Origin: Gnetum montanum | Taxonomy: Eukaryota > Plantae > Gnetophyta | Direction: 5' to 3' | Length of the DNA stretch: 64,000 bases | Assembly (NCBI GenBank): GCA_015680685.1 | Contig: MNCI01002855.1 | Span: forward strand, 251,524 to 315,523 | Shown here: one piece after another, positions 1 through 13,399 of the stretch | Layout of the letters: every line of letters begins with the position of its first letter | Numbering within the stretch: position 1 is the stretch's first letter | Position numbers and translations under genes: made by a program | Notes under the pieces: model-generated | The model's database searches: none | Seen by the model: only the letters and a program-made list of their open reading frames with translations | Told to the model about the DNA's origin: nothing

Positions 1-3000
1 TGATCGCGACTGCAAAAAGGAGTTCATCTGGAAATTGGTCGGAGAGTGGCTTCTCCTCTTCTGCATTATCCCATTGCAACCGAGACAAGTGGTCAGCAAC
101 CACATTCTCAGTTCCCTTCCAGTCTACCATAGTGAGGTCAAATTCCTGAAGAATCACCAACCACCATATGATATAGGGGCTTACCGTTGGTTTGTTCATC
201 AAGAACCGGATGGCACTATGGTCGGTATGCACGAACACCTTGTACCCGAGCACATAGTGTCAAAATATTTCTAAGGCGAACATCACCGCCATCAACTCTT
301 TTTCAATGGTGGTGTAGTTAAGCTGAGCACCCACAATGCTACAACTTGCACAGTGAATATAGTATGGGCGTTTCTGGTCGTCCCACTGTGTAAGCATGGA
401 TCCCAATGCATAGTTGGATGCATCCGTCATGATGAGGAAGGGTCTGGACCAATCAGATGCCTGTAGAATTGGAGTCTCTATGCATTTTTGCTTAAGTGTT
501 TGGAATGTAGATTCACATTCCCTGGTCCAGACGAATGGAGCATCTTTCTTCATGAGTTTCACTAATGGCTTGGCGATGTTTGAGAAATTTTCGATGAAGC
601 ACTGGTAGTAACCAGTGTGGCCAAGGAATGATCGAACATCTTTTACAGTGCTTGGTTGCCTGGTGATTCCTTGGATTACCCTGATTTTTTCAAGATCTAC
701 ACTAATCCCTGCTTGTGAAATACATTGCCCTAGAACAGTACCCTCTTGGACCATTAAGTGGCTCTTTTAACAGTTGAGCCATAGATTAGTTTCCACAAAT
801 CTTTTCAGAACTTGCTCAAGGTGGTCCAAGGCTTGTTCAAATGTGGCTCCATAGGTAGAAAAGTCATCCATGAAGACTTCTACCCCATTGCCAATTTACT
901 GCTGGAAGATGTTGAGAACAAGGCATTGGAGAGTGGTAGGTGCATTACATAGGCCAAAAGGCATCTTTTTGTATGCAAAAGTCCCCCAGGGACTTGTAAA
1001 TGTTGATTTGGCCTGGTCTTCTAGCACGATTTGGATTTGTTTATAGCCACTATAACCATTCAAAGCTATAATAACAATACCCTATGATGGTATCCAACAC
1101 TTAGTTCACAAATGGGAGCAGGAAGTGATCCTTGAAGGTAGTTGTGTTGAGCAATCATAAATCTATACAGACCCTCCATTTACCACCCTTCTTGGGCACA
1201 ATCACGAGTGGGCTAACCCATTCGCTATCTGCAATGGAGCAGATGAACCCTGCTTTCAGCAACTACTCGATTTCATCTTTGATGACCTGCTTCAATTTAG
1301 GGTTCAACCACCTTTGTGGTTATCGTCGTGGCTTCATGGAGGGATCAATATAAATTTGATGTTGGAAAACCCTGGGATCAACTCCTATTAATTCAAGATA
1401 TGACCTTGTAAAAGCGGCCTCCCATTTGTTCACCACCTTTAGCAACTTCTTCTTTTGTTCAGGAGCAAGGGTGGCATTGATAATCACTAGCTTCCCATTA
1501 TGCAAAAATGCATATTCTAAATGGGCTAGTAAGGATTTGAGTTCCAAGGGCTCCTGTTTAAAACTTTTAGGGATTTGTAACATTCCCTAATCATCATGGT
1601 CATCAATAGTAGATACTTGTTAATGGACCTCNAGTGGAAGACACTATGACCACCGTTTGTGGGTGGTCCTATCCTGCTGACTTCCTTGTCATCCGTGTTG
1701 AGAATTGCAAGGGGAACTTTCCAATCATAATGGGAANAATGGATTGGTCTGCCAGCTCAAGCTGAATGTTGCTTTTCTTTAACGAGGGAAGGTTCCAAGT
1801 CTTGTACATGTCATGTGAAATCAAGTTGACTCTCGATCTTGAATCCAGAAGAGCTTTACATGGCTCATTTCCTGCCACTTGAAGATAGATGAGGGGGCTT
1901 CTTGGATCAATCAATTTCTAAGGAAGATGACCTACCTTTATCCATTCAGTCACAGCATGTGTGAGCATGATCGTTTGTATGTTGAAGGGCATTTGGTTTG
2001 AAGGCTGCTCGAAGGGTGGAATGGTGGAGGCGATTGGAGGTTTAGAGGCACTAGCCATAGCTGTGTGTGAGGGTATGTTTAGCTTATTGGGCTAGAAAAA
2101 GGGATGTTTCTGTGGCTTTACTTCTAGTCCACTCGGCTGAGGAGCTGGTTGCAGGTTAACAACCCTCGTAGCATTACGTTGTTGTGGCTGTGGTGGTATT
2201 TCCCCCTACATAGGTGGAGTAGGTGGTAGTTGAGTGGGGTGTTGCTAAGTAGGGACGACAGGAGAAGGTGATGGAGGATAGTAGAAATGTGGGCTCTCCC
2301 CCCTAGGTGATGGAGACTATGGTCGGAAGTATTCTGGGGGGTGGTAATAATTCTGAAGGTCACGTGACTAGAAGAGTCCCGCGGGGAGACTACTTGCTGA
2401 ACATAGAACCCATAGGGATTTAGCTATCGGTAAGGGTACTGCTACCTTGGAGGTGGCATCCCCCATGATTGTGGGTGCTACCATTGTTGAAAATATTCAT
2501 AAGGTTGTAGTGGTGCTCCACTTGGATAATATCCTTGTTGTTGGTGGAACTTCTTGGGATTGCCCTATGGGTAAGGTAAATTTCAAGTGTTTGCCTCTTT
2601 GCCAATTGAGGATTCAACATATACACCCCAGACTCTTGTAGATGTGACACTACGGGACAACACCCCTTAGGATGTTCATATTGGCATATGTCACATTCAT
2701 CATCTCCTTCTGTATCAGAGTCTGCAACCTGTTCTGCTATAGCAACTTTGCCCTTACCTTTATGGTAGGCACGTTTAGCTTCCTTCCTCCTATGTTGATC
2801 ACAATGATTACTTTGCTCTTTGGATTCCTTTGTGATTTTCAAAACACTTTGAAATTTTTCGTGCAAAGAGTCCTACATCTTGTCAACCTTTGCCGATATT
2901 TTAGAAGCAAATTTTTGTAGGGGCAAGGTTTTACGGTTCACCGCTGCATCCAGTTGTGATTCCTCCTCATCTTCACAAAATTGGACTTTCCTCGTTCTGA

Positions 3001-4436
3001 TGGAGGGATCCCAATTATACTCCTCTGCACTCTCCTTCTTTCTAAGTTCCCCCTCTTCTTTAGCCACTTACTCAATTAAGCACTACAGTTGTTGGGCTCT
3101 TAGTTCTAATAGTTGTCCTTGGGCATACACACCAAGGGTCTTTCTAGTTTCAAAGCAGAGCCCATCAATGATATGACGAAGCTGTGCCCACTGAAAGTAG
3201 CCATGACTAGGGCATCGATGTAACTATGAGTAGTACCTGCTCATGGCCGCATCCAAGTGTTCATGACCACCTTGCTTCCACCCTTGGATTTGGTGTCTCA
3301 GGTTAGCCACTCTGGAGTAGGTTTGATACTTATCGTTGAAGAGTTCTATCATCATACTCCATTCCTGATTGATTTTGGCTCCAAAGACTGGTACCAACTT
3401 TCTACTTCTTTGATGAGTGTGGGAGGGAACAACTTAAGTTTTTTCCAATCATTATCAATGTTCTGCAAGGTGCAAGCATCATGAAACACTTGCAAGTGAG
3501 TCTGTGGATCACAATTATATCGCCCTTCAAATCTGGGGATGTTGTTCATGTCAATGTGCTTGATCCGATTGTCTTTCAAGTGCCCACTAGGTATTTGAAC
3601 TACCTCAACGATATGGAGCATGCTTTGAGTAGCCAAAAGTGGTTCATTCGAGTCATAGTCCTGCTGAAGGCCACGATGTCTATGATGATTTCGGCTGCCT
3701 CTCCTTTCTTGATGGTGAGGCTCACGTGATTGGTCATGCACTCCCTCATGTCATTCCCTTTGGCCCTTGCGAACACCATCACCTCAATCCTTTCTACCAT
3801 GGGTACGATCGGAATTGGAACTAGACAAAGGTAGAGTGAAGCGAGAGGATGGAGAAGAGGGAGAGGTATCACCACCACCCTGGTGTCGATCTCCCCCTCT
3901 ACTCTGATGACGACCTCGATCTTCATGCCCATCTTTACTTGTTCCATGACCTCTCCTACGTGACCCCCCATCCTCCTGGGGGTCCCAGTTACTTGATTGC
4001 TTGTTTTGAATGATGGACTGAATGATTTGATGCCCCAGAGGAAGTTCGGCTGAATGGGAATCATGAAAGATAGGTTCCCCATCATCCTGCAATCCTTACA
4101 AGAATAAAGGGTTACTGAACTGTTTCCCATTCATGTGTTCATACTGTTCGACCTGTTGCTGGTCTCGTACACGTTGTGCCTTAGTTGGATGATAGTCTCA
4201 GTAGTCATGGTCCTCCATGACATACTCCACACTGCGATCCTGAATGCCTAATCTAGTAAGATTGTGAAATAGCATTCCAGGAGCTGATCGGTCAGGCAGT
4301 AATATGATGTTGCCTTCCATGTCCTACCAGCGTTGATGCTCATCCTGATGTAGGATAAAGGTGAAGTCAGGAACACATTCATCTGGATGCATGTATACCA
4401 CCCAACATTCTTATGGCATCGGTGGGTTGGATCCAT
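1..4436 (-). mobile_element. Decayed gag-pol of an Athila-like Ty3/gypsy LTR retrotransposon (gag, protease, RT, RNase H; runs off the window)
   Basis: Minus-strand motifs in order: gag (IPRFEG...HLQVFHDAC...KLKLFPPTL...SWY, 3352-3741), knuckle CDICQYEHPKGCC (~2660-2700), protease ALLDSRSRVNLI (~1815-1855), RT EVFMDDFSTYG (~850-880), VRSFLGHTGYY, RNase H TDASNYALG...NYTTIEKELMAV. Many stops and frameshifts. Confidence 0.95.
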
Positions 4437-4603
4437 CTCGCCTGTGAGAAGAAGACATTTTGGATGTTAGATAATCCACTAATTGTTGTACCTTACTTTT
4501 TACTTAGACCGCCTAGCATGCATAGATTTTACTATCATGGGTCCATTCTAATGATGTGAATGATAATTTTTCTAAGGTTGGATGACACATGTAAGACTAA
4601 CAG

Positions 4604-4622
4604 TCCCCAGCAATGGTGCTAA
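4604..4622 (-). promoter_or_regulatory. Primer-binding site, tRNA-Asp type
   Basis: The minus strand reads TTAGCACCATTGCTGGGGA directly after the LTR end TCATCA. This is a decayed form of TGGCGCCGTTGCCGGGGA, the complement of the plant tRNA-Asp 3' end that is typical of Athila. Confidence 0.85.
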
Positions 4623-5574
4623 TGATGAGCAGCTAGGTACCCCTATGTCCAACCATGAGAATCACAGGCGTTCACACGCGACTCGATCAAATTTCGTAGA
4701 CTATAAGCACTTTGCATACACCAAACCCTAACCAACAAAACCTTGTGTTAGAACGGTCATTGTCTTCCCAACCTCACTTGTGATGTTTTGATTGCGATGG
4801 TTAAGTGAGATTGAGGCAAATGATTTTTATGGCTTTTTCTCTTTATCTTCTAGAGTCTAATTCTTGAAATGAAATGCAAGGAATGGAATATTACGTAATC
4901 TACAATTATCCTAATCTATCTCTTAACTCTTCCTAGCATAAGTATCTAATCCCATCTTCTGTGCACATCCTGAGCATCCCCTAACAACTACTGGGTTACC
5001 AGACGTTAAGCGTCACTGGGTTGCCAAGTGTTGGGTTTACATTCAAGATGGTCATACTTATGGTTTTTACAAGCTATAAAAGAGTGATGACAATTAAAGT
5101 GATAACAATGAAAACTTAAGGAATTATTAAAGCATAGAAATAGTAAACTATTAAATGCTCAAATGGCTAAGTCCAATTGCTACAAGGAATGCTTGAAAAG
5201 CCCATCTTTATTGCCAGTCACACCAATGGGCTCAAGTACATTAGTGCTTGAATAAAGAGCTGAACACCTTTCTCACACCTACTGCGGGAACTTGGAAAAT
5301 ATTCTAACTCTTGCAAAAACAAACTGTAAGAGCNAAACTTGGAAAATATTCTAACTCTTGCAAAAACAAACTGTAAGAGCTTCACTACAATTTTCAAAAA
5401 GATACCTAAGTGTGGCAGAAGCACACTTATTTATAGGCTAGAATAGGTGTTGCATAAACAAGGCCACGTATACACATGGACAGATGTGTTGATGGGGCCA
5501 CATCGACACAACCATGTATACAGGGCCCCGTATACGTGGCCTAGTCAACGCATAGACTGCTTAGCACTTCATCA
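4623..5574 (-). repeat. 5' LTR of the gag-pol element
   Basis: TGATGA...TCATCA termini; adjacent PBS; TATA (atttatagg on +, ~5429-5437); homologous to the other LTRs in the window. Confidence 0.9.
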
Positions 5575-5689
5575 ATATGTTTTCCATTTTTTTGGATATT
5601 TTACAATTTCTTTTATATTTTTTTTCATATTTTGCTTTATTTGGATTTTCTTACATGTATTTTTCTTCTCTATTGCCATTAGGATTTGG

Positions 5690-6430
5690 TATTGAATACA
5701 ATTGCTGACCAATGGTGGTTAATTGAATTATATTGTTTAAATTGATTGCTTAATGACTAGATTTCATCATTGAATTTTGACATGGATTAATGGGACATTG
5801 GTTTTCTCATGATATCAGATAGTGAGCTCACGTCATCCATCCATTCCACTAAACTCCATGGTGTTCTCTTATTTTGGACGCATGAGATCCTTTCTTAATA
5901 ATAACTTTAAAGAATCTATGACCTCAGTACTTTCTAGACTTTGAATGAATCAAGGGGAATTGACAAGGGTGTGGCTTCAAGGGGACTCATCACCTTTTGT
6001 AGCTACCTACCATCTAGAGTTTTATGAGTATTCTCATTGATTCCTCACGATTCCTAATGTTGACTAATAACTGGACACCCCTTTGCATGGTGTGGTTCCC
6101 ATGAAAAAAACACATGGAGATTCAAAGCACACCCCTTAGACAAAATAATGGGCTACAAGCACTAGTTATGGGGCTTGAAAGACATGTTACCCATGCCTGA
6201 AGACACCCCTCTAACAAAGGCCCTTTTCACTTCCTACTTCTTTTTTCTTTTCTATTTGGAAAGGTGGGTGATCTTTGAGGATGTTCATGAGCTCTAGGGA
6301 ATTGAACAATCTCAATGTGCCAATGCGAAGTTACTAGAAGTGGATGGCCTTAATTCCAACTAAGGATGGAACAATATTAGGTCACCTTAATCACAAAATT
6401 CACAAAGAACTTCATGTGATCTTGATGGTA
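5690..6430 (+). repeat. Conserved post-gag/pol non-coding region of the gypsy family (copy 1); direct repeat of ~7770-8490
   Basis: Shared blocks such as cacgtcatcca.ccat.cc, ctttgcatggtgtggttc and gggctacaagcactagttatggg.cttgaaagacatgtta.ccatgc.tgaag. Confidence 0.85.
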
Positions 6431-7445
6431 GGGCATTACTGGCCAACACTTTTTAGGAATGATCACTAATTTGTCAGCTCTTGTGAACATTACCAACACG
6501 ATGGTGGAATGACCACTCAAATGGAGGAATCTCAATAGTGGTTTTAACTATTAGAACCCTTTGACATTTGGGGCATTGACTTTATGGATCCCATCACATC
6601 CATGTCAAATGGAAAGGCATACATCATAGTCGTTGTTGAATATTGTACAAAACGAGTGGAAGCAGCAACCGTCACCAATTGTACATCTTCTATTACTACT
6701 TGATTTGTATAATAGAATGTTGTAAATAGGTATGGTGTGCCACGTGCATTAATTTCTGATAATGGAACCCACTTTATAAGCACTACCTTTCGAAAGCTCA
6801 TGCAATGCTTAGGAGTTGAGAATAAATTAACAAGACCTTATCATCCCCAAGCCAACAATCAAGCTGAGGTTACAAATAGGGAAGTCATTAAGATCTTAAT
6901 AAGAAAATTTAGCAAATAGAGGAGAGATTGGAGCACAAAACTCAATGATGCCCTTTGGACCTACCTCTCCACCTAGAAGCTCCCTATAGGCTACTCTCCC
7001 TATGAGTTGGTGTACAAAAAAATGCCAACTCTTCCTATTCAATCTGAGCTTCATATGCTTTGAATAGCCTATGACCTTGACCTTGACTTAAGTTTAGCAC
7101 AAAAAGAATCTCAACCTACTAGACGAAAATCAATTGGTGGCCTTGTCATCTAATGAGTTTCAAATGGCATTTAACAAAAAATGCCATGACCTTAGAATTA
7201 GAAAAGTCAAATTTCAACTAGGAGATATTGTCCTCCACTAGAACCCCACACACATCTCCACTAGAACCCCACACACATACTTCAATGAACTAAGTTCCAG
7301 ACATTGTGGGAAGGGCCTTACATTATTTACAAAACCTTTCCTTTCAGGGCCATGTTAACCTACAAACTTGAGAGGCCAAACAAAAAACAACTGGTCAACA
7401 TGCAACGAATTAAACATTTCCATGAATATAAGGAAGCTAGTGTTC
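6420..7445 (+). pseudogene. Ty3/gypsy integrase remnant
   Basis: HYWPTLF...LEPFDIWGIDFMDP...YGVPRALISDNGTHF...YHPQANNQAEVTNREVIKIL...WEGPYII, with stops. Confidence 0.93.
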
Positions 7446-9422
7446 GTAACACCTCCTCGAATGAACAATCATGCTCAATTTTTTGGATCTCCTTATGTTA
7501 AAGTAGTCATGGGGGAGATGGCCATCCATGCTAATCATATAAGTGGCTCCTCAGTTTTTCATCTTTTTGTTTTACACCTTATTATTTTAACAACTTTTTA
7601 TTTTATGCCTTCTTTATCTTACTCCTTTTTGTTTTTACTTTATTAATTTTTTCCAATTTTTGTTTTACAACATCATTAGTACATTTTATTTTTCTTGAAT
7701 ATTTTACAATTTATTGTATATTGTTCTTTATTTTGGTATGATTTTCTTATTGTGTTCTAATAATAACATGCCTTATTGCCAACTAGGTACAGTGTGGTTT
7801 ACTTGATGTGGGCATGTGCTATCTGGTTATTTGATTCTAGCTTTGAATTTTGTTACTAATAACTAAGACATGGTTTCTTCTTCATGCAACAAGCAATGAG
7901 TCCACGTCATCCACCCATCCACAAACTCTATGATGTTCTAGTTCTAGAAGTGTGAGGTCCTTTTGCATTAATAAAACTTTAACAAACTTGTGACCTTGGT
8001 AGTTTCTGGACTTGGAAAGGATTCAAAGGTTTGAAAAAGAGATTTGGTACTCTTTGTGCCTTTCTACTTACTTGGGTGCATGGGTGTTTTCATGGATTTC
8101 TTACCATTCTGCGTCGACCAATAACAAGAAGTTGAATAAGTCTTTGCATGGTGTGGTTCTCATTCAAAAAAATGATGAGAATTCAAAGCACATCCCTTAG
8201 ATAAAATAAATGGGCTACAAGCACTAGTTATGGGACTTGAAAGACATGTTATCCATGCTTGAAGGTCTCCTCTAACTAAGGCCCTTCCTCACTTCCTACT
8301 TCTCTTTTTTTCTTAAATAAGAAATGGTGGTTGTTCTGTGGGAGCACTCTTGTGCCTCAAGGAGATGGACCGGTCTTAGAGTGGTGATGTGAAGTCACTG
8401 AATGTGGTTGGTATTAGTCTAGACTAAGGATAGATTTTATTAGGTCACTTAACCACAAAATTCATAAGGGACTTCATGTGACCTTAATCAGGAACTCCAT
8501 CCCACTTTCTCTCTCTCATCCATCTATGCTTTCCATGCCTCACCTCACTGCCAATGTTCATGTCTTTGTTTCATGTCTTAATTTGATGTGTTGAAATTCG
8601 TAAGTAGTTTCTTTTTGGTTTTCATACTTAACTTTTTATAATCATTAATCACCCATGGGGTCCACAGACTTCTTGGTTTGAGGATATGCAAGGGCAACAA
8701 GGGCACGTGCCTACTTTGGTAAGGACCCACTTGCATACCTTTTGGTTGGGTTAGTTAAGTTCTTTATCCTTAGGCATTCTCACAATCAAATCCTTTTGTG
8801 TGCCCCATCAATGACATCCAATTGTATACATCTTCACAATGTTTTTCAGTGAAATCATCTTTTTTGTTATTGTGAATTCTTTAGTCCTCTTCAATTATTT
8901 TATCACATTTAGGCTTTTCAAAATTTAATAATGGACCGTTTATCCATTTCACCCTATTTTTCAATCTCCCTGCTAATGCTATTAAAAGAATCAATTCACC
9001 ATAATCATAGCCTATCCAAGTGTAACTACTAATGAGACAAGGTACCTAAAAGTTATGAGTTACACATTGCACACTAATCCATGATTTTGTTGTGATTATA
9101 ATGGGAAGCATGGATTGGAGGTGGGACTATCTTCACCAAGGAATTAGTAGCACCATCATGCAATGAGGACCCTTCATGATCATTGAATCTTCTCTCTTGT
9201 TCTTCAGCTACCAGAGGTGTTGGATGTCAATTTTGGCCAAGGTGTTCAAGTCTATTGTCATGAACATCCAATTTTGTAAAAGATTGTAAATTTGTATAGT
9301 TGGGCACTTAGAATTTGTATGTCCTATCTAAGTTAGTTTGCATGTCAGTCAATAATCCCATACCTTCCCAATATTTTGTAAGGAACTTGTTTCTCCTTTT
9401 GTTCACTCTAGGATGAGTTTTC

Positions 9423-9439
9423 ATTCAATCGTGGGGGTA
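9423..9439 (+). promoter_or_regulatory. Polypurine tract (PPT)
   Basis: attcaatcgtgggggta directly before the LTR start TGATGAA; the same motif abuts the LTRs at 44077 and 46169. Confidence 0.8.
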
Positions 9440-10314
9440 TGATGAACTGTATTTTGTTTGGCTCCAATATTGGAGCCCTGATATCGAATACTCGATATTG
9501 GGGGCTTAGAGGTAATGTTGGATATTCGATGTCATGGGACATGTGCTAGCCTATAAATATAGCGCTTAGGTGCACAATTTGGGAATAGGTTTTGTCATAG
9601 TATAGCATAGCTCTTGCAGTTTTTCTTCCTCAAAGTTAGAATATTTTCCCAAGCGTCCATAGCAAAAGTCATTGAGTGTATGGATCTTTATTCGAGCACT
9701 ATTGTACCTGAGCATGGTAGTGCGTGCAGTAATAAAAATGAGCTTTTTGATAAACCTTGTAGCACTTTGGCTAGATTAAATATTTTATTTATGCATTTAA
9801 TGTTTTATGCAATTTTATTTAATGCTCTCAAGTAGTTAAGCTAAATTAAGCTAAGTTAGCTAGGTTAAATAGCAATTAATTAAGCACGTAAGTACAACTG
9901 CTTTGAGCATGCACATGGTGCTTGGTAATCCCAGCAACACTTAACATTTGGCAACCCAGTAACATTATACATGTTCAGGATGTGAATGGAAAGTGGGACC
10001 AAATACTTATGTTAGGATTAGTTAGAGATTAATTAGTTAGTTGGATTAAATTAGCCACTAAAATTACTTCATTCTTTTATTTTAAGCACCAAGAACATAA
10101 AACATAAAAAATGATAAAAATCATATATCTCAATTGCACTTAAGCATACCTTTGTATTTCACAAGTGTAACTGGGAAGACAACGATTGTAACAATTAGAC
10201 TTCACTTTCTAGAACCAGTGTACTTGAAGATTTAATGTCCATGAAATTCAACCGAATCACATGTGAATGCTTGTAATTCATATGGTTGAATGTAGGGGTA
10301 CTCATCACTCATCA
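9440..10314 (+). repeat. 3' LTR of the integrase-bearing element
   Basis: TGATGAA...TCATCA termini; preceded by the PPT; GATATC motifs then cctataaat at ~9550; reverse-complement homologue of 4623-5574; no PBS follows. Confidence 0.9.
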
Positions 10315-10457
10315 TAAATGGATAAAATAATAATAAAATAATCAATCTACCATGATCAAAACCAACCTAAGTGTAATTTACCCAAAAGAAGAAAGGCATT
10401 GAGGGCATTAAAAGTTACTCATGAAACACTAATCCTTGGTTATGTTTGTGATCATAG

Positions 10458-13250
10458 ATGACACCAAAGAGGGGACCACAAGGCAAAAAACCATCCCAAC
10501 CAAGGGGGAAGCAATTGAGAGGAGGAATAAGCCATAACAACCCCAATAGCAAGAAGCGGAGACACATGCAACAAGATCCTTTTAGGAGGAGCCCAAAGTG
10601 GAATTTGTCCACTAAATTCCCACTGCAAAGATCAGCTAGTCACAGTAGGATGAGGTGCTAAGGCCTAGGCCTAACCTAGAGGTCACATTGACTAAGGCCT
10701 ACCTAGAACAAATTCTTCCCAAGGAGGTTCAAAGTTTATTTCTTTAGAAACTTAACTTTGGTCCCTTCTTGGAATTGACACTTGAAGAAGTCCACACACA
10801 ACTACATGGGTCTTCCATGTGGTACATTCTCTTTGCCAGTGAAGAGTGGTACATGGGGGAGACTTATTTGTTTTGCAATAACCAACAAGGACCCATAGTA
10901 AAAACATTGGCAAAACAAATAAGGGGTTTTACTATGGGTCCTTAACCTACTTAATAGAGTGGAAACATTGGCAAAAATTTCAACTCAAGTGAACCCCAAC
11001 ACAAAAAAGAAATGGATCCAATGGTGTTATGGGGTGGACCATAAGGAGTATGGTGCACTCACCAAGCTAAAGAGAGCCTACTTTAAAATCATGGCCTCTT
11101 ACATAAACCCAATGGTGAGGCCCAACAAGATCACTATCTTCTCCACTCGTGCATGCGTCGCTCTAAGTGGCAAGTTCCTTGTCAACCTTTCTCAACTCAT
11201 CTTTCTCAAAATTAAGAAGTGCTTCAAAGAGAATGAGCGAGGGAGGAAGAGACTTCTCTTTCCATGCTTAATCCAAAAACTTTGTAAGAGGAGAGGCATA
11301 GCTCAATACACCAATGACACACTCTGTCATGCTTCTACCACATCCTAGAAAGAGATGATGAAGGATAAAGTAGCTACCAAGTTGCTGAAGGAGGAGCAGC
11401 CACCACCACCACCTGCTAGTGAGACAACGTCAAAAATTCACATAGCTATTGAACACATGAGAAAACTTTGGGAATAACTACTGTAGCAACAACAAGGAGA
11501 CGTAAGTGGTGGGTAACCATTGGTCTATCGGCTAGCGTTGAGCCATCTTAATGAAGCGACCAAAACCATAAGCTGGCTAAAGAAGATTGCCTCACTATTT
11601 TCAACCCAACGAATGCAGGCATCCACAAGAACAAATCTGAGCACTTGAGAAGTTATAGTATCCATCCTTGGATAACAAGGGTTCCCAAAAATTTTTGGAA
11701 ACACCAAAACTCTCTTGGTGCACCTAGAAGAATGTGAGGGAGCTACTATCCTAATGATGTGGCACCATAGGCAACAAACAATGATAGAAGCGATGGTTGA
11801 TTGAGTGGCTGAAGCACTCAACACTCTGATAGCCATGTTAAATATAGTTGCACTTCAAGATGTACAGGCTTTTGTAAGAGCAAGAAGTGGGAGACTTAGC
11901 ACAACCCAACATGAGGAGGTGTTAGATTGACTAGTGGGAATTGGGCAACTGCTTCTAGAGATCTTTGATTTCCTGGAAGAGATCACAACAACCTAGTTAG
12001 ATTTGCTAGAGAGAAAGGGTAAGCTCATCATTGTCAACACCCAACTCAATACAATCACCATTGAAAATTGTCGGTTGGTTACCGAGGTTGCAAAATTGAG
12101 AGTGTGTCTTGTTGATCCCACCATTCTCAGCCAAGTTGTCACAAGAGATGAAGCTTTTTTGCAAATTCAAAATAAACTCAAGGAGGCTGAAAATGGCAAG
12201 GAGATGACAATCTTCAATGTGTTCTTATCGGAAGCCCTTACCTTCAACACCGATAAGGACTTGATGCAAGTTTGTAAAGAAAAGTTAGTTCTCACCAAGG
12301 TCATCCATCACCTACATAATGTCAAGGAGCAAAAAGATCAAATGGTTGAATTTGTGAGACAGTAGCAGCAGCAGCTCACCAAGATGAACATGGACCTAAG
12401 GAGCTTAGCAACCAAGAATAAGAATCTATCTATGAAGGAAGTCCAAGCACTTTGTCAAAAAATAGCCATTGAGGTAGTTGCCTAGAAAAATGAGGCCCTG
12501 AAATTTGAAAGAGTGAAAAATCATTACAAGGATAGGTGGGACTCCTCAATGAGGTGAATGAAAAAGAAATTCAACTAGCCAAGGAAAAGTTAAATGAGGT
12601 CCTTCAGCAACTCCAACAAAGAGGTGACGTATGGCAGCCGATCTTTGACGACTTGAATGCCTACAACAAAGCCAAAATTCACCTAAAGGAGTTGTAGATA
12701 GAAGAAATGACAGAGTACATGGAGCTCGCCAACCTTTGATGTGCAAACTTTGTGATGCCGACAACAGGGAGACCAAGATTAGCACTAGAGAACTAGGTGG
12801 CCAACTCATACCTCCTTTACAAGGTTGAGTTAAAGCATCACAGAAATACCAAACAAAAGTTAGAGATAGCCAACATTGAACTTGAAGTTCTTAGGAGTTG
12901 TTTCACAGATCAACGAGTGGTTGTTAAGAACCTAGCTAGAAGAATGAATGGCTACCATGAACTGCAAAACCTGGTAAATATGTTCAATATCAAATGTAAA
13001 CAATTCGTAGCGTGGTTTGTCAATGTCAAGGAGTTGTTTCCAACTATGCCCTCTTTGTGGGATGTCCCCCTATTAGCCCATATTGGCAAAGTCGTGTGGA
13101 CTGTGTACAACCCATGGAGCAAGGAGAAGAAGATAAAAGCATTACTAAATAATTTTCATCTTCTACTAGAAGCAGCAACTGTAGCAGGATAGCCTTAGCC
13201 TTAGTTGCCACCACTGCCACGGGTGCCAAAGCTTGGTGAAGATCCTTCAA
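10458..13250 (+). pseudogene. Retrotransposon accessory ORF, copy 1 (plant-transposon-protein-like domain + coiled coil), decayed
   Basis: MTPKRGPQG start after an AG acceptor; KKWIQWCYG...RAYFKI...LLFPCLIQKLCKRRGI; long heptad-rich region; C-terminal FVAWFV...FPTMPSLWDV...WTVYNP. Collinear with the copies at 46337-49104 and 61240-63110. Confidence 0.8.
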
Positions 13251-13399
13251 CACCCCAAGAGCCTTCACCTCTTAGCACTATTTGATCTTCACCTCATCTT
13301 TGACAACTACCGTCCAATTTTATAAGGGTGTCCAATTTTGTTATCCAAGACACCCATTTTTGTAATTTTGTAATCAAGTGTGTATTTTTTTCAACAATG

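Noticed and set aside
35-3824. Plus-strand ORFs opposite gag-pol (and similar short ORFs throughout the window)
   Set aside because: Antisense shadows of decayed retroelement coding sequence, or chance ORFs in AT-rich DNA; no motifs.
5289-5380. Perfect 45-bp tandem duplication in the LTR
   Set aside because: The copies are separated by a single N; most likely a scaffold-overlap artefact.
6170-6212. Type II hammerhead-like order GAAA...TTA...CTGAAGA in the conserved block
   Set aside because: Stems I and III cannot form, and CTGAAGA is not conserved in the other three copies.
7233-7278. 23-bp tandem duplication in the integrase tail
   Set aside because: Real, but an ordinary post-insertion slippage mutation.
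4623-10314. A single element bounded by inverted LTRs
   Set aside because: PBS/PPT placement shows the two LTRs belong to separate elements in opposite orientation.
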